The notes: generated from the sequence alone by a model not told the origin. Counted from the stretch's first letter, positions 30,647 to 44,382 are shown. The stretch is DNA of 64,000 nucleotides from Paraspadella gotoi (GCA_051294375.1 CM119263.1:10365275-10429274); one strand, 5' to 3'. Numbers and translations: made by a program.

Positions 30647-31970
30647 TGAGAGGATATATATATATATAAGTAATATATATATTGTGGTGCTTAGAACATT
30701 ACAGCGAGATGGTAAAATGGCGGATAGAGGGCATGGTAACCAAACGAGCAAAATGAGATTGGAGTATTTCAATTTTATATCTTCTCCATTTCTCCTCTCT
30801 CTCATCGTCTCATCTCTCTCTTCTCTCTCCTCTCCTCTCTCTTCTCTCTCTCTCTTATCAAGATTTCATTATCTCCTTTCTTTCATTGTCCGTTTTCCAC
30901 TAAGGTTCTCCTGAAGAGGTCAACCGATGTCTGCGTTTATTGGTTTTGTGTCACAATAGTTGGTTTTACAAGTATTTTACCAAAAACTTTTCATCAATAG
31001 TTGTGCTGCATTATTACTATTAATCACGTACAATTTTGTGCTCTTTTTTGACGGGGCGGTTATAACTCGATTTAATTGTAAATTACATAAGTAATTTAAA
31101 ACAGTTATACCACTTTTCATTGTTGGTAGATTATAAGGTTTTGCAATTTACTTGTTTACAAGCCCATAAAAGTTGGCGTGACCGTTTCCTGTCAACGTCA
31201 GTGACCATCGGGGATAGGAGAGAGAAGAGAGTAGAGAGAGACAGAGAGTAGAGAGAGGAGAGAGACGAGAGGAAAGGAGAGAGAGAAGAGGAGAGCAGAG
31301 AGGATGAGATGAAGCAGAGAGAGATAACGCGACAGCATTATGCCTACCCTCTCATTTCCGCTCATACTCTTTCGAAGGGGAAGTTGTAGGATTACCAGGA
31401 ATAAATTTACGAGAAGCGGAAGAGGATCCTACCTACACGATACGCAAAGATCGGCCCTATCTCTTTCTGCCCTCATTACGTCAGCACGGTACCATCGCCA
31501 TTTTGCCTTTGTTTAACCATGCCGGCGTTGTTGCCTAATCCGCACCTACCAGTCTCGTTTCTTCGCCCGCCTTCAAGCAATCTAAAATCCTTATTACGTG
31601 CCTTTTTTTTGCATCATCTCGTTGTTTCCATCTCTTACGCCGCGATCCTCCATTCTTCCTCTGCACACTACGTCAATCTGACTCTCTGTTCTCTTCATCC
31701 ACTTCGCGCTCCCTCCTCACGCCTCCTCACACTCCTCCCCCGCGATATCTTCTCTCCCCCTCTGCTTCCAACTTCCATGTCATCCCCCCGTCCGCGTTCA
31801 AAGAGTTGCTATGATTTGGCTCCGGGAGATATGGTTTGCTTTATGCGCCAATTTGGACTCATCTGCTCATTCCTCTCTCTCTCTCTCCGTCTCGGTATGC
31901 TCATCTTCTCGTCTCTCTCTCTTTCTCTCCCGTCGCATCTCTCTATCTCTCTCCTCCGCCCCTTTCTGCT
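30529..31970 (+). repeat. Palindrome spacer, copy 2 (~1.45 kb)
   Basis: Indel-rich direct match to 29047-30503. Confidence 0.9.
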
Positions 31971-32560
31971 CGGCCACGGGCAAACGGGCCTTCTAATATT
32001 GATCGTAGCGATCCTTTGGTCTCTCGCCTGAAATAATATAACGTGTAGTTTAATTGATGGATTTCGGAAGTATGAAAAAAAAGCAGAGTAACAATGACGA
32101 AGCAGATAAGAGCCTCAGACATCGTCCAGCTGCTGTCGTCGCTGACTACCTATTTTGTTTGTTTATCACATAAAAAGTGTCGCGTAACCGTTGTCGTAAA
32201 AAGTACACCGAAAGGTCAGCAACGTCGACCCCTATGATGAATGGCTGTATAATGATTATTATTGATTTTGATCCGACGGCGCACTCCAACATAGTAAAGA
32301 TTTATTTGAGCAGATGAAATTTGGTCCGTGTACTTTATTATTCTATTACATTTGACCTTACGTTTCAAATTGATATCATGCAGTGTTTGTCCGCCTTCAT
32401 CCGTCTTTTCGTGTCGGATCCAAACAGCCGTAAAACTCAGAAAATCGCGAACGGCAATCACCGATTGGTTGTTCCGTCGTCGTCGTCGTTATCATCGTCG
32501 TCGTCGTCGTCGTAGCATAACTCATATTTTTCTCTGCCGGGAATCTATTAGCCAGACGAC

Positions 32561-33123
32561 AGTCGTTCTCATGAGCTCGATTAGCGAGGCCGCTGTGATA
32601 TATTTCCTGTCAATCCACCCCTACTAAGCTCATATAGTGTTAGTCGTTTTCATGGCTCGAATAGCGAGGCCCGTAGACTGTGAAGGTATTTTTCACGTCA
32701 ATCCACCCTAGACTAAGCTCATATATGTTGTAGTCGCGTATCTGCTCGATAGCGACGGCCGTGTGATAATTTTCCGTCATCCACCCCTACTAAGCTCATA
32801 TAGTTGTAGTCGTTCTGGCTCGATAAGCAGAGCTCACTTGATATTTTGCCGTCAGTCAGCGCCTACTAAAGCTCACTATAGTGTTAGGCTCGTACTGGCT
32901 CGATAGCGAGGCGCCTCGGCTGTTGATATTTCCGTCATCCACCTACATACTAAGCTCATCATAGTGTAGTCGTTCTGGCTCGATAAGCGAGGCCCCTGTG
33001 ATAATGTTTCCGTCATCGCACCCGCTACTAAGCTCATATAGTGTAAGTACGTTCTGGCTGCCGATAGCGGAGGCCCTGTGATGTAGTTTTTCCGTGCTCC
33101 ACCCTACTAAAGCTCATATAGTG
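32561..33123 (+). repeat. Tandem array, 7 copies of a complex ~70 bp unit
   Basis: By-eye consensus AGTCGTTCTGGCTCGATAGCGAGGCCCTGTGATATTTTCCGTCATCCACCCTACTAAGCTCATATAGTGT; units start near 32561, 32642, 32732, 32808, 32886, 32968 and 33046. Confidence 0.92.
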
Positions 33124-34018
33124 GCCCCCACCCCTCATCCAAGTCCCCCGCAACGTCAACAAATTAATACCATTTATCTATTAAATTAATTTAATTAATC
33201 TAATAATTACATCTATTAGCCAACACAGAGCTCAGCCCCCCCCCTCTCCAAGTCCCCGACGTCAACAAAATTAATCAATATTATCAGTTTAGTAATTAGG
33301 ACTTGAAATTCAACTCGAGTTGGAAAGTATCGAGGTGGTTGGTGTGGAGTTGGGGGTGGGTCGGTGGTCGTCTGAACGACGACCAGACGAGCGACGACGC
33401 TTCGTCTCTCTCTCTCTCTTAAGCATGACGTGCCGATTATACCGCTGAATGTTTTTGTTCTCGTTCGTCGCTGGGCACGGGCGAATCGTCGGTGCGGATG
33501 ATTGAGGAGCGACTCCGCCGAGATCTCATTGAGAGGGGAAAAGGAGCGATGCTCTGTCATTCCAATGACTCCACTAAATATTAATCGTTGTAAATTGTCT
33601 TTCTTTATATGCCCTAACGGGAAAGGTAACGAAGCTCCTTTGACTGAATTTAAAAAAAAAAAGATTCCTAATGAGCCTTCCCTCTTAATTTTTTTCTTGA
33701 ATTTTTTCAAAACGAAAAAAAAAAAATTAGTTAACATTTTAAGAATTTTTATCGTTCGCCCTCGGCACGCCTCGAGCCTTTTCCAAGAGATTCCAATGAT
33801 TATAAATCAAACATTTACCTTAACATTCGTTCTAACGTCGTCGATCTCGTGTCGTCTCGTCGTTCTTCATCGTCGTTTCGTCGTCGTGGTAGTTTCCCTC
33901 CGGTTTTTTTTTTCGAGAAAGCAACTACCTTCCGTGAATAAAGGAAAATGGACTGATAAGAAAAAAGACATTGATGCCTATTACCTGGCCCGATCTCCGT
34001 CTTTTTCAATCTTTTTAC

Positions 34019-34111
<93 letters not shown>

Positions 34112-34220
34112 CGTAGGTCGTTGATCTTTTCCCGCCTTTCCTTGAATATCTTAAATTCCTGCAGCAATCGACCGTCATGGGTTTACGAACTTTTGTTCCT
34201 TTGGAGCAGAAAGACGCGTG

Positions 34221-34296
<76 letters not shown>

Positions 34297-36089
34297 GAGA
34301 GAGAAAGAGAGAGAAAGATAGAAGCCATACGAACGCGGATGGATCCACGCGCGCGCAGATCGACATACATGCACCACCGCCACATGCAATCTCGATGGAC
34401 GCAAGCGTCGATTGGCGAACCGGAAGTCGGTAAATGGTGAAGAAAGTTTTTCACCTCTAATATTTGGGTATTGAAAATTTCAAAATACAGATCAGCGAGG
34501 TGAGTCAAAAGTAAGTCAAAATCGCTGAGAGATAAGCTGAAAGAAAAAAGCAGTTGGGGTGAGATGAAAAGAAGTCGGTGGTGAAATCGAAAAAGTGAGG
34601 TTGTCGGGGGTTTTAAGCTGGAAAAGCGGAACGAGCAGAAGCAGGTGTTGCTCAGAGCGAAAAAAAAAAGAAAGAAAAAAAGTTGTTTCGAAAAGAATTT
34701 ATTATCTCGTCGATGTTACCAATCTCATTTTCCTCGAGGGGATAAATAGGAGTGAAGTCGAGCTAATACGCGCGACGTCAAATGAATATATCTCTGCCGT
34801 ATATTGGTGAGTCTAAAATCGTTTCATGGTTAAAGTAATGATAAGGAGGTTTCATTGTGAAACTCATGTTTAGCTCCCAGATGCATTTTCACACGACGCC
34901 TGATTATGTACGCACACGTTGACCGCATTATTTATTTTTTTCTCCAAAAGGAGGAGGAGAAAGAGAGAAGGGAGAGGGTGTGCTTGATTATGGACGGATG
35001 AGCTCATATGGACGGCCTTATTGAAGGTTTTCTCGCAGAGGTGGCATTAGTCTTTCCAGTCTTTTAGTGATTCCTGGCGTAAAACGCGCAGTGGTACAGC
35101 TTTTTGAAACTTCATGAGCTAGATAGAGAGAATACAATAGCTATGTCTATGCTCTCATTTACATAGACGACAACATAAAAACAAATTGTAAACAGAACCT
35201 AATCGAAAAAACAGCGACAACAATAAGCAGGAAAAGTAAGACAGCGAAATACCTGAACCGAACGAAACAATCATTTATGATTTCCCACTGGAGAAAAGAA
35301 CTCGAGCAAAAATTACACTCGTTTTTTTTTCGCAATTCAATTATTTATAAATAAATAAATAAAGAGAAGCGTCTCGTTTTGACCTTTTCGAGCGGAAGGT
35401 TATCGAATTAAGGGGACCGCTTCGACGAAATAGCAGCGGACCAGAAAAAAAAAAAGCAAACGTCATCGTTGGCGATGCGACCTCAATAAACGAGAGAGAT
35501 CCGTCGATAGATGGATAAAAATTACTTTTCTTTCTTTTTATGATTTCAATGTTGCTTCATGATATTCTTGTATTCGATCAAAAAGTCTATTATTTTCAAA
35601 GAAATTAATTCCTTTTTCCATTACGTAATTTTTGAACGTTTTCGAAAGAAGACGTATGTCTCTTTCATTTATCAATTCATCGTCAGTTTTTGTTCTCACT
35701 TTTCACGATGGGAAGAAGCAAAGATGGATCCTTACAACCGTTGAGAAATTGTATAGGTTTCAAGTGGGATCTTTTAGTTAATAGTAAATAATAGTTAATG
35801 AGAGCGTGAGAGCGTGAAAGTGATCATGTCATGATTCAGGAATCCTCGAGTTTTTTCTCTCGAATTCCAAGGAGCGACGGCGCCCTCGGAGATCCGAGGT
35901 CATTAACTTTCATCGTCAAATCAACATCTTGTCATAATTGTTACTTGTTACTTGTATCAGAAAGAATCACGACGAGGACCAACGAATCCGGTTTAAAATA
36001 TTTTTGGATTTTCATTTTAATCATTCTTCCTTTATTAATATACTATTTTAAATTCATTACAATGATAGTCGTTCGTCATTTTAGTCTAA

Positions 36090-36140
<51 letters not shown>

Positions 36141-36169
36141 AGTCGTCGTCGTCGTCGTAGTCGCCGTCG
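36090..36169 (+). repeat. (GTC)n microsatellite
   Basis: Direct reading; its mirror (GAC)n abuts the gap at 25235. Confidence 0.95.
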
Positions 36170-36244
36170 AAGTAAACCTCTTTTACTCAGTCCCTTGAAA
36201 CACTGTATCGGTTCCCCTCCCTTCTTCGCCGGAGGCAAGGCGGG

Positions 36245-36294
<50 letters not shown>

Positions 36295-36322
36295 TCTCTA
36301 CTCTCTCTCTCTTCTCTCTCCT

Positions 36323-36381
<59 letters not shown>

Positions 36382-36498
36382 CCTTAGAACTCCATCTCTG
36401 TTTTAGCATAATTATATGAAGATTGGAAAGGGTTAAGCCGCCGCCTCTTCCTGGCTTCGGACCGAGCCCGGCCTAGAATCTATCTCTCTCTCTTTCTC

Positions 36499-36562
<64 letters not shown>

Positions 36563-37850
36563 CCTGTTTACTCACTCGCTAACTCCATCACACTGACATA
36601 TTACGTCATATCAGCTGTAAAGCCGCAACGAATGTATATACATATTTTTTTAAGCTGAATTTTTATTCGTTATGAAAGTAAACCGCTACTAGATATTCCA
36701 TTCTCACGTTTTTCTTTTTTCTCTCTTGTGATTCCTTTCTTTCTACCCCCAGATTCCATCTTATTCGCGACCCTTTCGAGGACGTCGCGGACTCCGTTCC
36801 AACCCCCCCCCCACACGTGCGTCGTCATCATCGCCTGTTGTCATCAGTACGCGTTTGCGGGCCGCCAATTAGACGTCGCGACGACCACGCCCCGAAATCT
36901 GGGACGAGGCGAAAATTGACGGCCGGATTCGGCGGGGAGGAAGAGGAATAAAATGACAGTCGTTGGCATGGGAGACATGGAGACATGGAGGGTAAAAACA
37001 GGGAAGGAATACGTTGATCCGATGCGGGGGGTATATTAAGACTATTAATACTATTGATACTATTTATACTGTTTAAGAGATAAAGCGGCAACGAAAAATA
37101 CAGAGAATTCAGAGAATTGAAAAAGTAAGTTAGGGTGAGAGAGATTTTGGGGGAAAGAGAGGGTAGGGAAAGGCGAGGTGAGAGAGAATGTAGCGCTCGA
37201 TGGAAGAATTTAGCCTTCTGGGACAAAGAGTAACACTAACCGGCGCTTCAAGTGCGCACGATGAAAACTTGTGACGCTGATTTGATTTTTTGACGCAGGT
37301 CGCGGGGGTTAATTATTTTACACGGGCTGAAATATGTGGTCGCGAGTCGAAATCTTGTGACGCAGCTTAAAATTCCGGTGTGACGCAGGTTAGAAAAGGA
37401 AACGCCCTGGAGTCAAGTGAAACGCTGAAATGTTAATGGAATACAATACTAATCCATTATTCAGTACGCAGATGTCAGAGGGAATGGTATAGTAAAATAA
37501 AAACGAATACGATAAAAATGCTTAAAATTATTTACTCATAGCTGAGCCAACAAAAAATATGGATATTTAATTTTATACAGTCATTACTGCTTTTCCAGAA
37601 AAGCTGCGCAAATCATTAAAATCAAAAAGCTATAAAATTACAGAAAACAAAATTGCCTTAAAAAAAAAAAAAAGACTAATTCGCTTTTCGCAGTTGGAAT
37701 TTCGCGGAATAAAATCTCGATGCTCGTGAATCTGCTACAAAGTTATTTTACTGTTCTCGAGTTTTCTGGTTTTGGAAGAGAAAGAGAATGAAGCGAGATG
37801 GAATATGCCGGTTGGGAGAGGGAGAGAGAGAGGAAAGGGAGAGAGGGAGA

Positions 37851-37891
<41 letters not shown>

Positions 37892-38172
37892 AGACACCCT
37901 CTCGTTCTCTTTCTCACTCCCTCTCTTTTTTTTTCCTCTGTGCATTTTTCACAACAATTCTTGAATTTTAATCCAGAAACGTGTTTTCTTTAAATTTCGA
38001 ATTTTAAAAATAAAAAAATTCCTAAGTCCCCAGTCCAGACCAAAAAGAATTGAAAAAAGAAATAAATAATTTTCTGGGCCTTTAATGAAAGTATTAATTG
38101 AAAACAAATTAGTTGTAACAAAGAAAAAAAAAGGCGTTTATTTTTTTTTTAAACCTTCGACACATCTACGTA

Positions 38173-38236
<64 letters not shown>

Positions 38237-38475
38237 TCTCTCTCTCTCTCCCTCTCTCTCTTTCTTCGTTAAATACATTTCTGTCTTTTTCTCTCTCCCT
38301 CATTTTTTGATGGGTTTATAGGCCAAACAAAAAGAAAGATTCCCCGTTTTCATTGAGAAGTAAAAACGCCTCCAGTGGTTTTTAGTTTCTAATGGTAAAC
38401 AATGCTCACACTCGACAAAGTTCCGTTTAACTGTCTGTCATTGCTTTCGTTTCTGTTACTTACCTCTCTCTCTCC

Positions 38476-38506
<31 letters not shown>

Positions 38507-40612
38507 CCCTCTCTCTCTCTCTCTCTCCTCTCTCTCCTGCCGCCCCGGTTTTTCTCCGCAGGACATAAAAAATTTTCTATCGCTCACATTTTCCCCTCGC
38601 GTGGATCTGACAACAACCGGTTTCTTTTTCCCATGTTTTCTCTTTCCGCAGCTCTCTCTCTCTCTCTCTCTCTCATTCTCTCTCTCTCTTCTCTCTCTCT
38701 CTCTCTCTCTTCTTCTCTCCTCTCTCTCTCTCCGCCTGCTATTCATCATGACCTCCCTTCTCCATCATCCAAAGAAATTATCTTCCTTTGCTAAAACTGA
38801 TACAGCCTTTTCAATGCAAACATTTTTCCCTGAATCGCTTCGAGATTCTTATTTTCCATTTTTTTTACCTAGAAGCGCATCCCAATTTTTTTTTTAAAAG
38901 TCCAAAATAAGTTTTTATAACTTTTCACCCAAAAAACAAGGTTTTTCTGACGCAAGCTCCATAAGCCGGTCTCTCCCTTTTCTCAGAGTCTAGATTATTA
39001 TTTTCTTTTGGGTAAACGTTTATTTCAGTACGCCTGGTTTGAATTGAATGCGCAATTTTGTTTTTACTAAACCAATTTTTGGTAGTGAAGCAAAGGAAAC
39101 GAATTTTGTTGTAAAAAAGTATTATTTACTTTTAAAAATACAATATAGTTAACGAGAAGAAATTGAACAGAGGAAATTCATGGCATTCTGTACAGCAAAC
39201 TGTAAACAATTGAAGAGGACAACAGGAGGTGGCGAATAAACTAACAAAAGGTCAAAAGGTCATTATGACGGACATATAAGCAATTCGCTACATAGATATC
39301 GAAGAGTTTGTCTCATGGATAATGATATAGTCATGTTATGTTCATTGAATATCTGCAATTTATGCTGAGAAAATCTGAGTATGGTAGACTGTAAGTGGTC
39401 AGGAGGAAGCATGTGGATCTCTATGTCCTTTTTTTCTCTCATACTCTCTTTATAGTCTCGCCAGGCGCGATTTTAGAGACGTTGTTCTTTTATTTGATTC
39501 TTCTGCCAGCGAACACGGTGATACATGCCTCCAGGAAAAAAAAAATTTCGAAGGGAGCGAAAAAGGTCATGTCACCGAATTCGATTTCGATAGTTAATGA
39601 CGAGTAAATGGTCTTGCGGATTTGACCAGAAAAGGTCCTAAATTCGTAACCTTCTTTCTTATCTTTCGACCTCTCTTTACTTCTCTAAAATAAAAAAACT
39701 TTTTCTTTCTTCTACTGTCATTTTCTCATATCATTGTATTGCATTAAATGATATGGCGTTAGAAAGCAAGTCGTCTCACCTTTATCATATCCAAAAACTC
39801 AATTGCTCATCTTTTTTCTCTACAAGTAATCAATTATTCACTTAACTTAGTCGTCATATTTTTCCTTTAAAAAATTTTACAAAAAACAATTTTTTCAAAT
39901 CTAGGTCACTCGTTTACCCAGGTTTATCACATCTGACCAATATCTCATGGGTTTCAATAGGTCAAGAAGGTTTCTTGATCCAACATTTAATGCGATAAAT
40001 AGCGATTCTTAAAATTAAGAGAGAAATAGATTTCTTCCAAATGAGTACTAAATTGTGAAATAGATTCAAATTATATAGAAATTAACTACGTTTCCTGAAA
40101 TTGATTTTCCCTCTCGTTTCCTTCTATTATTAGAATCGCGTTAAGAGCAAAAAAATATTCATTTATCACTGGTAGAAAACCATGTCCCCGAAGACGACGA
40201 CGACGATGACGACGACGACGACGACTAAAAAGACCACGATTACACGATCCTCAAAAATATTTGACGTCATCGTCGTCCTCATCTTTGTCATCATCCTAAT
40301 TGGCCCCCAGGCTTCGTTAGAATCACATTTCGATGAAGGGCGACTTTTGGGATGGAATTTAGCCCTCAGCGATTCAAGTTTCATCCGGGTTTTTGATTCC
40401 CCAAACCCGGAAGCGACGAGCGAACTGATCGTCTCAACGTCAATTTAAGACAGCGTCACATCAATCAGTTTTTTCCGTCCTCCTCACAAGACACAATGAC
40501 GATCGCTTCATCGTGACGACATATTACAGTCGCGTCAATGAGAGAAATCGCGCAATCGGTCCCAAAGCAATTTCGAAGGGACGGAGGGGGAAAAATGCAA
40601 GAGAAGATCGGG

Positions 40613-40615
40613 CGA

Positions 40616-40709
<94 letters not shown>
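40613..40709 (+). repeat. (GAC)n microsatellite with GGC interruptions
   Basis: Direct reading. Confidence 0.95.
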
Positions 40710-41244
40710 CGGAGCTCGGCCTCGGGCGGAAAGGCAAAAAGGAGAGAGAGAAATGAGTCGCTGACATTTTTTAATCTCCGCTTTTTTTTTTATCCATCAG
40801 CGATAAATCAATTCTCGATGATTGAGTTGTTTTGCTCCCTTTTTTTTATGAGCACTGCTTGCTTCCCTTTTTCAAGAGCCCTGCTTGCTACCCCTTTTCA
40901 ACTGGTACTTCCGTTGTTATTCTTACGTACATTTCCTTTTTCAATAAGCAGTGAGCACTCCCAGCTCCCATTTTCACTTCCTACCCACCTTCTTCAGTCG
41001 GAGCATTGCTTTCTAGAATACTAAAGAAATATATATATATAACGTTCGATATACTTTAAATTACTATATTTAGGGTGATAAGTAACTGAATATACGGGAA
41101 TTTTAAATGTTAAAGAAACTCTGTATGCATGAGTAATTTAAAAATATTTATAAATACTTAAACTAATAATTACTTTAATAAACATCCCATCGAATGCCGC
41201 AGCCCACCGAAATTCATTTCTCAGAAATATAGTCAAAATCTCCT

Positions 41245-42012
41245 NNNNNNNNNNNNNNNNNNNNNNNNNNNNNNNNNNNNNNNNNNNNNNNNNNNNNNNN
41301 NNNNNNNNNNNNNNNNNNNNNNNNNNNNNNNNNNNNNNNNNNNNNNNNNNNNNNNNNNNNNNNNNNNNNNNNNNNNNNNNNNNNNNNNNNNNNNNNNNNN
41401 NNNNNNNNNNNNNNNNNNNNNNNNNNNNNNNNNNNNNNNNNNNNNNNNNNNNNNNNNNNNNNNNNNNNNNNNNNNNNNNNNNNNNNNNNNNNNNNNNNNN
41501 NNNNNNNNNNNNNNNNNNNNNNNNNNNNNNNNNNNNNNNNNNNNNNNNNNNNNNNNNNNNNNNNNNNNNNNNNNNNNNNNNNNNNNNNNNNNNNNNNNNN
41601 NNNNNNNNNNNNNNNNNNNNNNNNNNNNNNNNNNNNNNNNNNNNNNNNNNNNNNNNNNNNNNNNNNNNNNNNNNNNNNNNNNNNNNNNNNNNNNNNNNNN
41701 NNNNNNNNNNNNNNNNNNNNNNNNNNNNNNNNNNNNNNNNNNNNNNNNNNNNNNNNNNNNNNNNNNNNNNNNNNNNNNNNNNNNNNNNNNNNNNNNNNNN
41801 NNNNNNNNNNNNNNNNNNNNNNNNNNNNNNNNNNNNNNNNNNNNNNNNNNNNNNNNNNNNNNNNNNNNNNNNNNNNNNNNNNNNNNNNNNNNNNNNNNNN
41901 NNNNNNNNNNNNNNNNNNNNNNNNNNNNNNNNNNNNNNNNNNNNNNNNNNNNNNNNNNNNNNNNNNNNNNNNNNNNNNNNNNNNNNNNNNNNNNNNNNNN
42001 NNNNNNNNNNNN
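41245..42012. other. Largest scaffold gap (768 N)
   Basis: N run. Other gaps: 680-689, 21394-21519, 22420-22679, 22851-23117, 23347-23592, 24814-25234, 27066-27527, 28122-28347, 62737-62928, 63627-63760; most abut (AG)n tracts. Confidence 0.97.
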
Positions 42013-42022
42013 CACGAGGGAA

Positions 42023-42074
<52 letters not shown>

Positions 42075-42594
42075 GTTTGATTCGTTCCTAATTCGCTAAG
42101 CGGCCCCCTCTTTTCCCCCCTGCTGACTGAATCCCACAGAGAATGGATCCGCGATTCCCCCAGAGAATCGACAATCTCACTTCACATTTATCCACAACAC
42201 AAATCGACCACTTTAATACCCACATTCGATTTATCCACAACAGTATCCGCCTTAATTTTCGTATTTTATTTGCCCACAACACGGTCTCTAGCGAAGTTTC
42301 CCACAATGATCAAGTCCGATTAATTTCTTAAATTCGGTAAATACAAAACACCAATAAGATTTATTGACCACCCCACGTCACTAAAACCACCTTCTTTTTA
42401 TTGACCTCATTTTTCTTGACCACCCCATGGCACGAAAACCACCTTTTTCTTTCGAGATTAATCTTTTTGCTCCTATATTCTCTCTCCTTTCAGAGAGACC
42501 CGCACCTCAGTGAGAATTGCTTGCCTCGAAACGGCTGGTGGCCATACCAGCACCATAAACCCATATCGAATTCAATCTCCTTTATTCTCTCTTC

Positions 42595-42644
<50 letters not shown>

Positions 42645-43331
42645 TTCTCTCTCTCTCTGCTCTCTCCTCCCTCTCTCTCTCTCTCTCCCTCTCCCTGATC
42701 GAAATCTCATTGGTATTTTACTTCGAGGATCGACGGGGCGCCAAAGCGGAAGGACGGAGGGGCGGGCGGTGGATCTTGGAGGAGGCCGTGAAGAGCCGTG
42801 GGGGCTGCGTGGGCCACAGGGGGCTGAGTCGGCTCGATCGGCGGGGGGGGGGGGGGCAAAAACGCCCCGAGGATCCTGTTTTCGCCCGATCGATCCGTCG
42901 CGCCGAAAAAATTTACGGTCGGAAATGTAAACCATTGTAAAACGAATGTAAAAAAAATGAAGAGAGATGGTGAATGATGGGAATAGGGAGGAGGGAGGAA
43001 CAAAGGGTGAGAAAGGAAAAATAAGGGAGAAGGGATAATGAGTCGGGCAGCGAGTTAAAAGGAAAAAGCGGAGCGAGAGTAATGAGAAAATAAAATTGGG
43101 GAGAGTTTCGGGAAGAGGAATTGCTGGGGTATATAGAGACTGGTGCAGGATGGACGATAGTTCGAGAGAGAGAGAGAGTGGGGGGGGGGAACAAACCGTA
43201 CTATCTCCTGTTTTTCCTGGTTTTCAAACTTATTTTCGAGTTCGACAGAAAAATGTGAAAAATGTTACGAGGCGAGAGTCCGTTGTTTCTCTCACGGCCG
43301 GGGCGGTGATTTAAGAGAGAGAGAGAGGGAG

Positions 43332-43334
<3 letters not shown>

Positions 43335-43421
<87 letters not shown>
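43335..43421 (+). repeat. Long perfect (AG)n microsatellite, representative of dozens in the window
   Basis: Direct reading; similar long tracts at ~16180-16284 and ~50763-50866. Confidence 0.97.
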
Positions 43422-43424
<3 letters not shown>

Positions 43425-44288
43425 TAGGAGTGAGAGAAAGATGAATGGAGATGGGTTTTCGAAATTTGTTCCGTCGTTTATTTCTCGCTGTATTCGACAC
43501 AAATTTATTTTCGTAGTCAGTTTTTGTTTTGTTTTTGTTTTCCTCTTCCGCTTCCTCGTCATTGTTATCCGCACACTTTTGGTCGTTTTTTTTTCTTATA
43601 TTTCGTTTTGTAAAGAATTGTCTCAGTTTCTTTCACAGTCCTTTTTTTCTTCAGTATTACTATTACATCATTTGCTCTTTAGTTAACATACGTAAATGTA
43701 GATTTTTAGAATAGAGAAAGCATTAAAAATAAATTCAAATAATTTTTTGGCAACATTTCTCCCTTCTTATTTGACAATTCAATAGTAAACTCATTGTGAA
43801 AAAAATTGAGCCAAATATTTTATTTTATTTTACATTCATTAGTTAGTTTAATGTCTTGGAAGAATGCTAAAATTTTTTTATTAATATATTTCAAGGTTTA
43901 GTTAATTTGGTCACAGTATTTGATAATTTCATTTCACTCCCATTTGAAATGCGTGTATTAACGTCTATTCTCGTCCTCAAGGATTCAAGTTTATTCCCCT
44001 TTTTTACCAGTTACTTCACCACTTTACCACTTCGCCACTTTACCACCTCACCAGTTTAGATTTCTCTCTCCCGACCTTGTCACGAGCGTCTTCTTTAACG
44101 TCACGTGTTCTACGTTTTGGTCAGTTAACTTCGTTTCTCCAAAGTCCAAAGTCAAGGATGTCAGACTCATAAAAACGGCAAAACCCGAAACCTCGTAAAG
44201 TTTCGTCGCAGGAGAAATAGTTTCACAGCTCGGATTTTTATGGAGCTGAGGTTTTTGAACGAGACCATTGTCCACTGGACATTACTCT

Positions 44289-44382
<94 letters not shown>

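Larger units (their letters stand above)
31961..39512 (-). repeat. Right arm of the large inverted duplication (gap-free, indel-rich)
   Basis: Reverse complement of 21625-28997; mirrored ORFs in the track (26540-/34595+, 26869+/34101-, 27776+/33216-). Confidence 0.93.

Noticed and set aside
32561-33123. CRISPR array
   Set aside because: The whole unit repeats, there are no unique spacers, no cas genes, and the context is eukaryotic.
32561-33123. tRNA, hammerhead/HDV ribozyme or Helitron identity for the 70-mer
   Set aside because: No T-loop GGTTCRA, no intact CTGANGA...GAAA core on either strand, and the junction is GTAG|TC rather than CTRR with an A|T target.
42188-42239. Two TTATCCACA words identical to bacterial DnaA boxes
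   Set aside because: Part of a degenerate ~40 bp CCACAAC repeat in eukaryotic microsatellite-rich DNA; no bacterial genes nearby.
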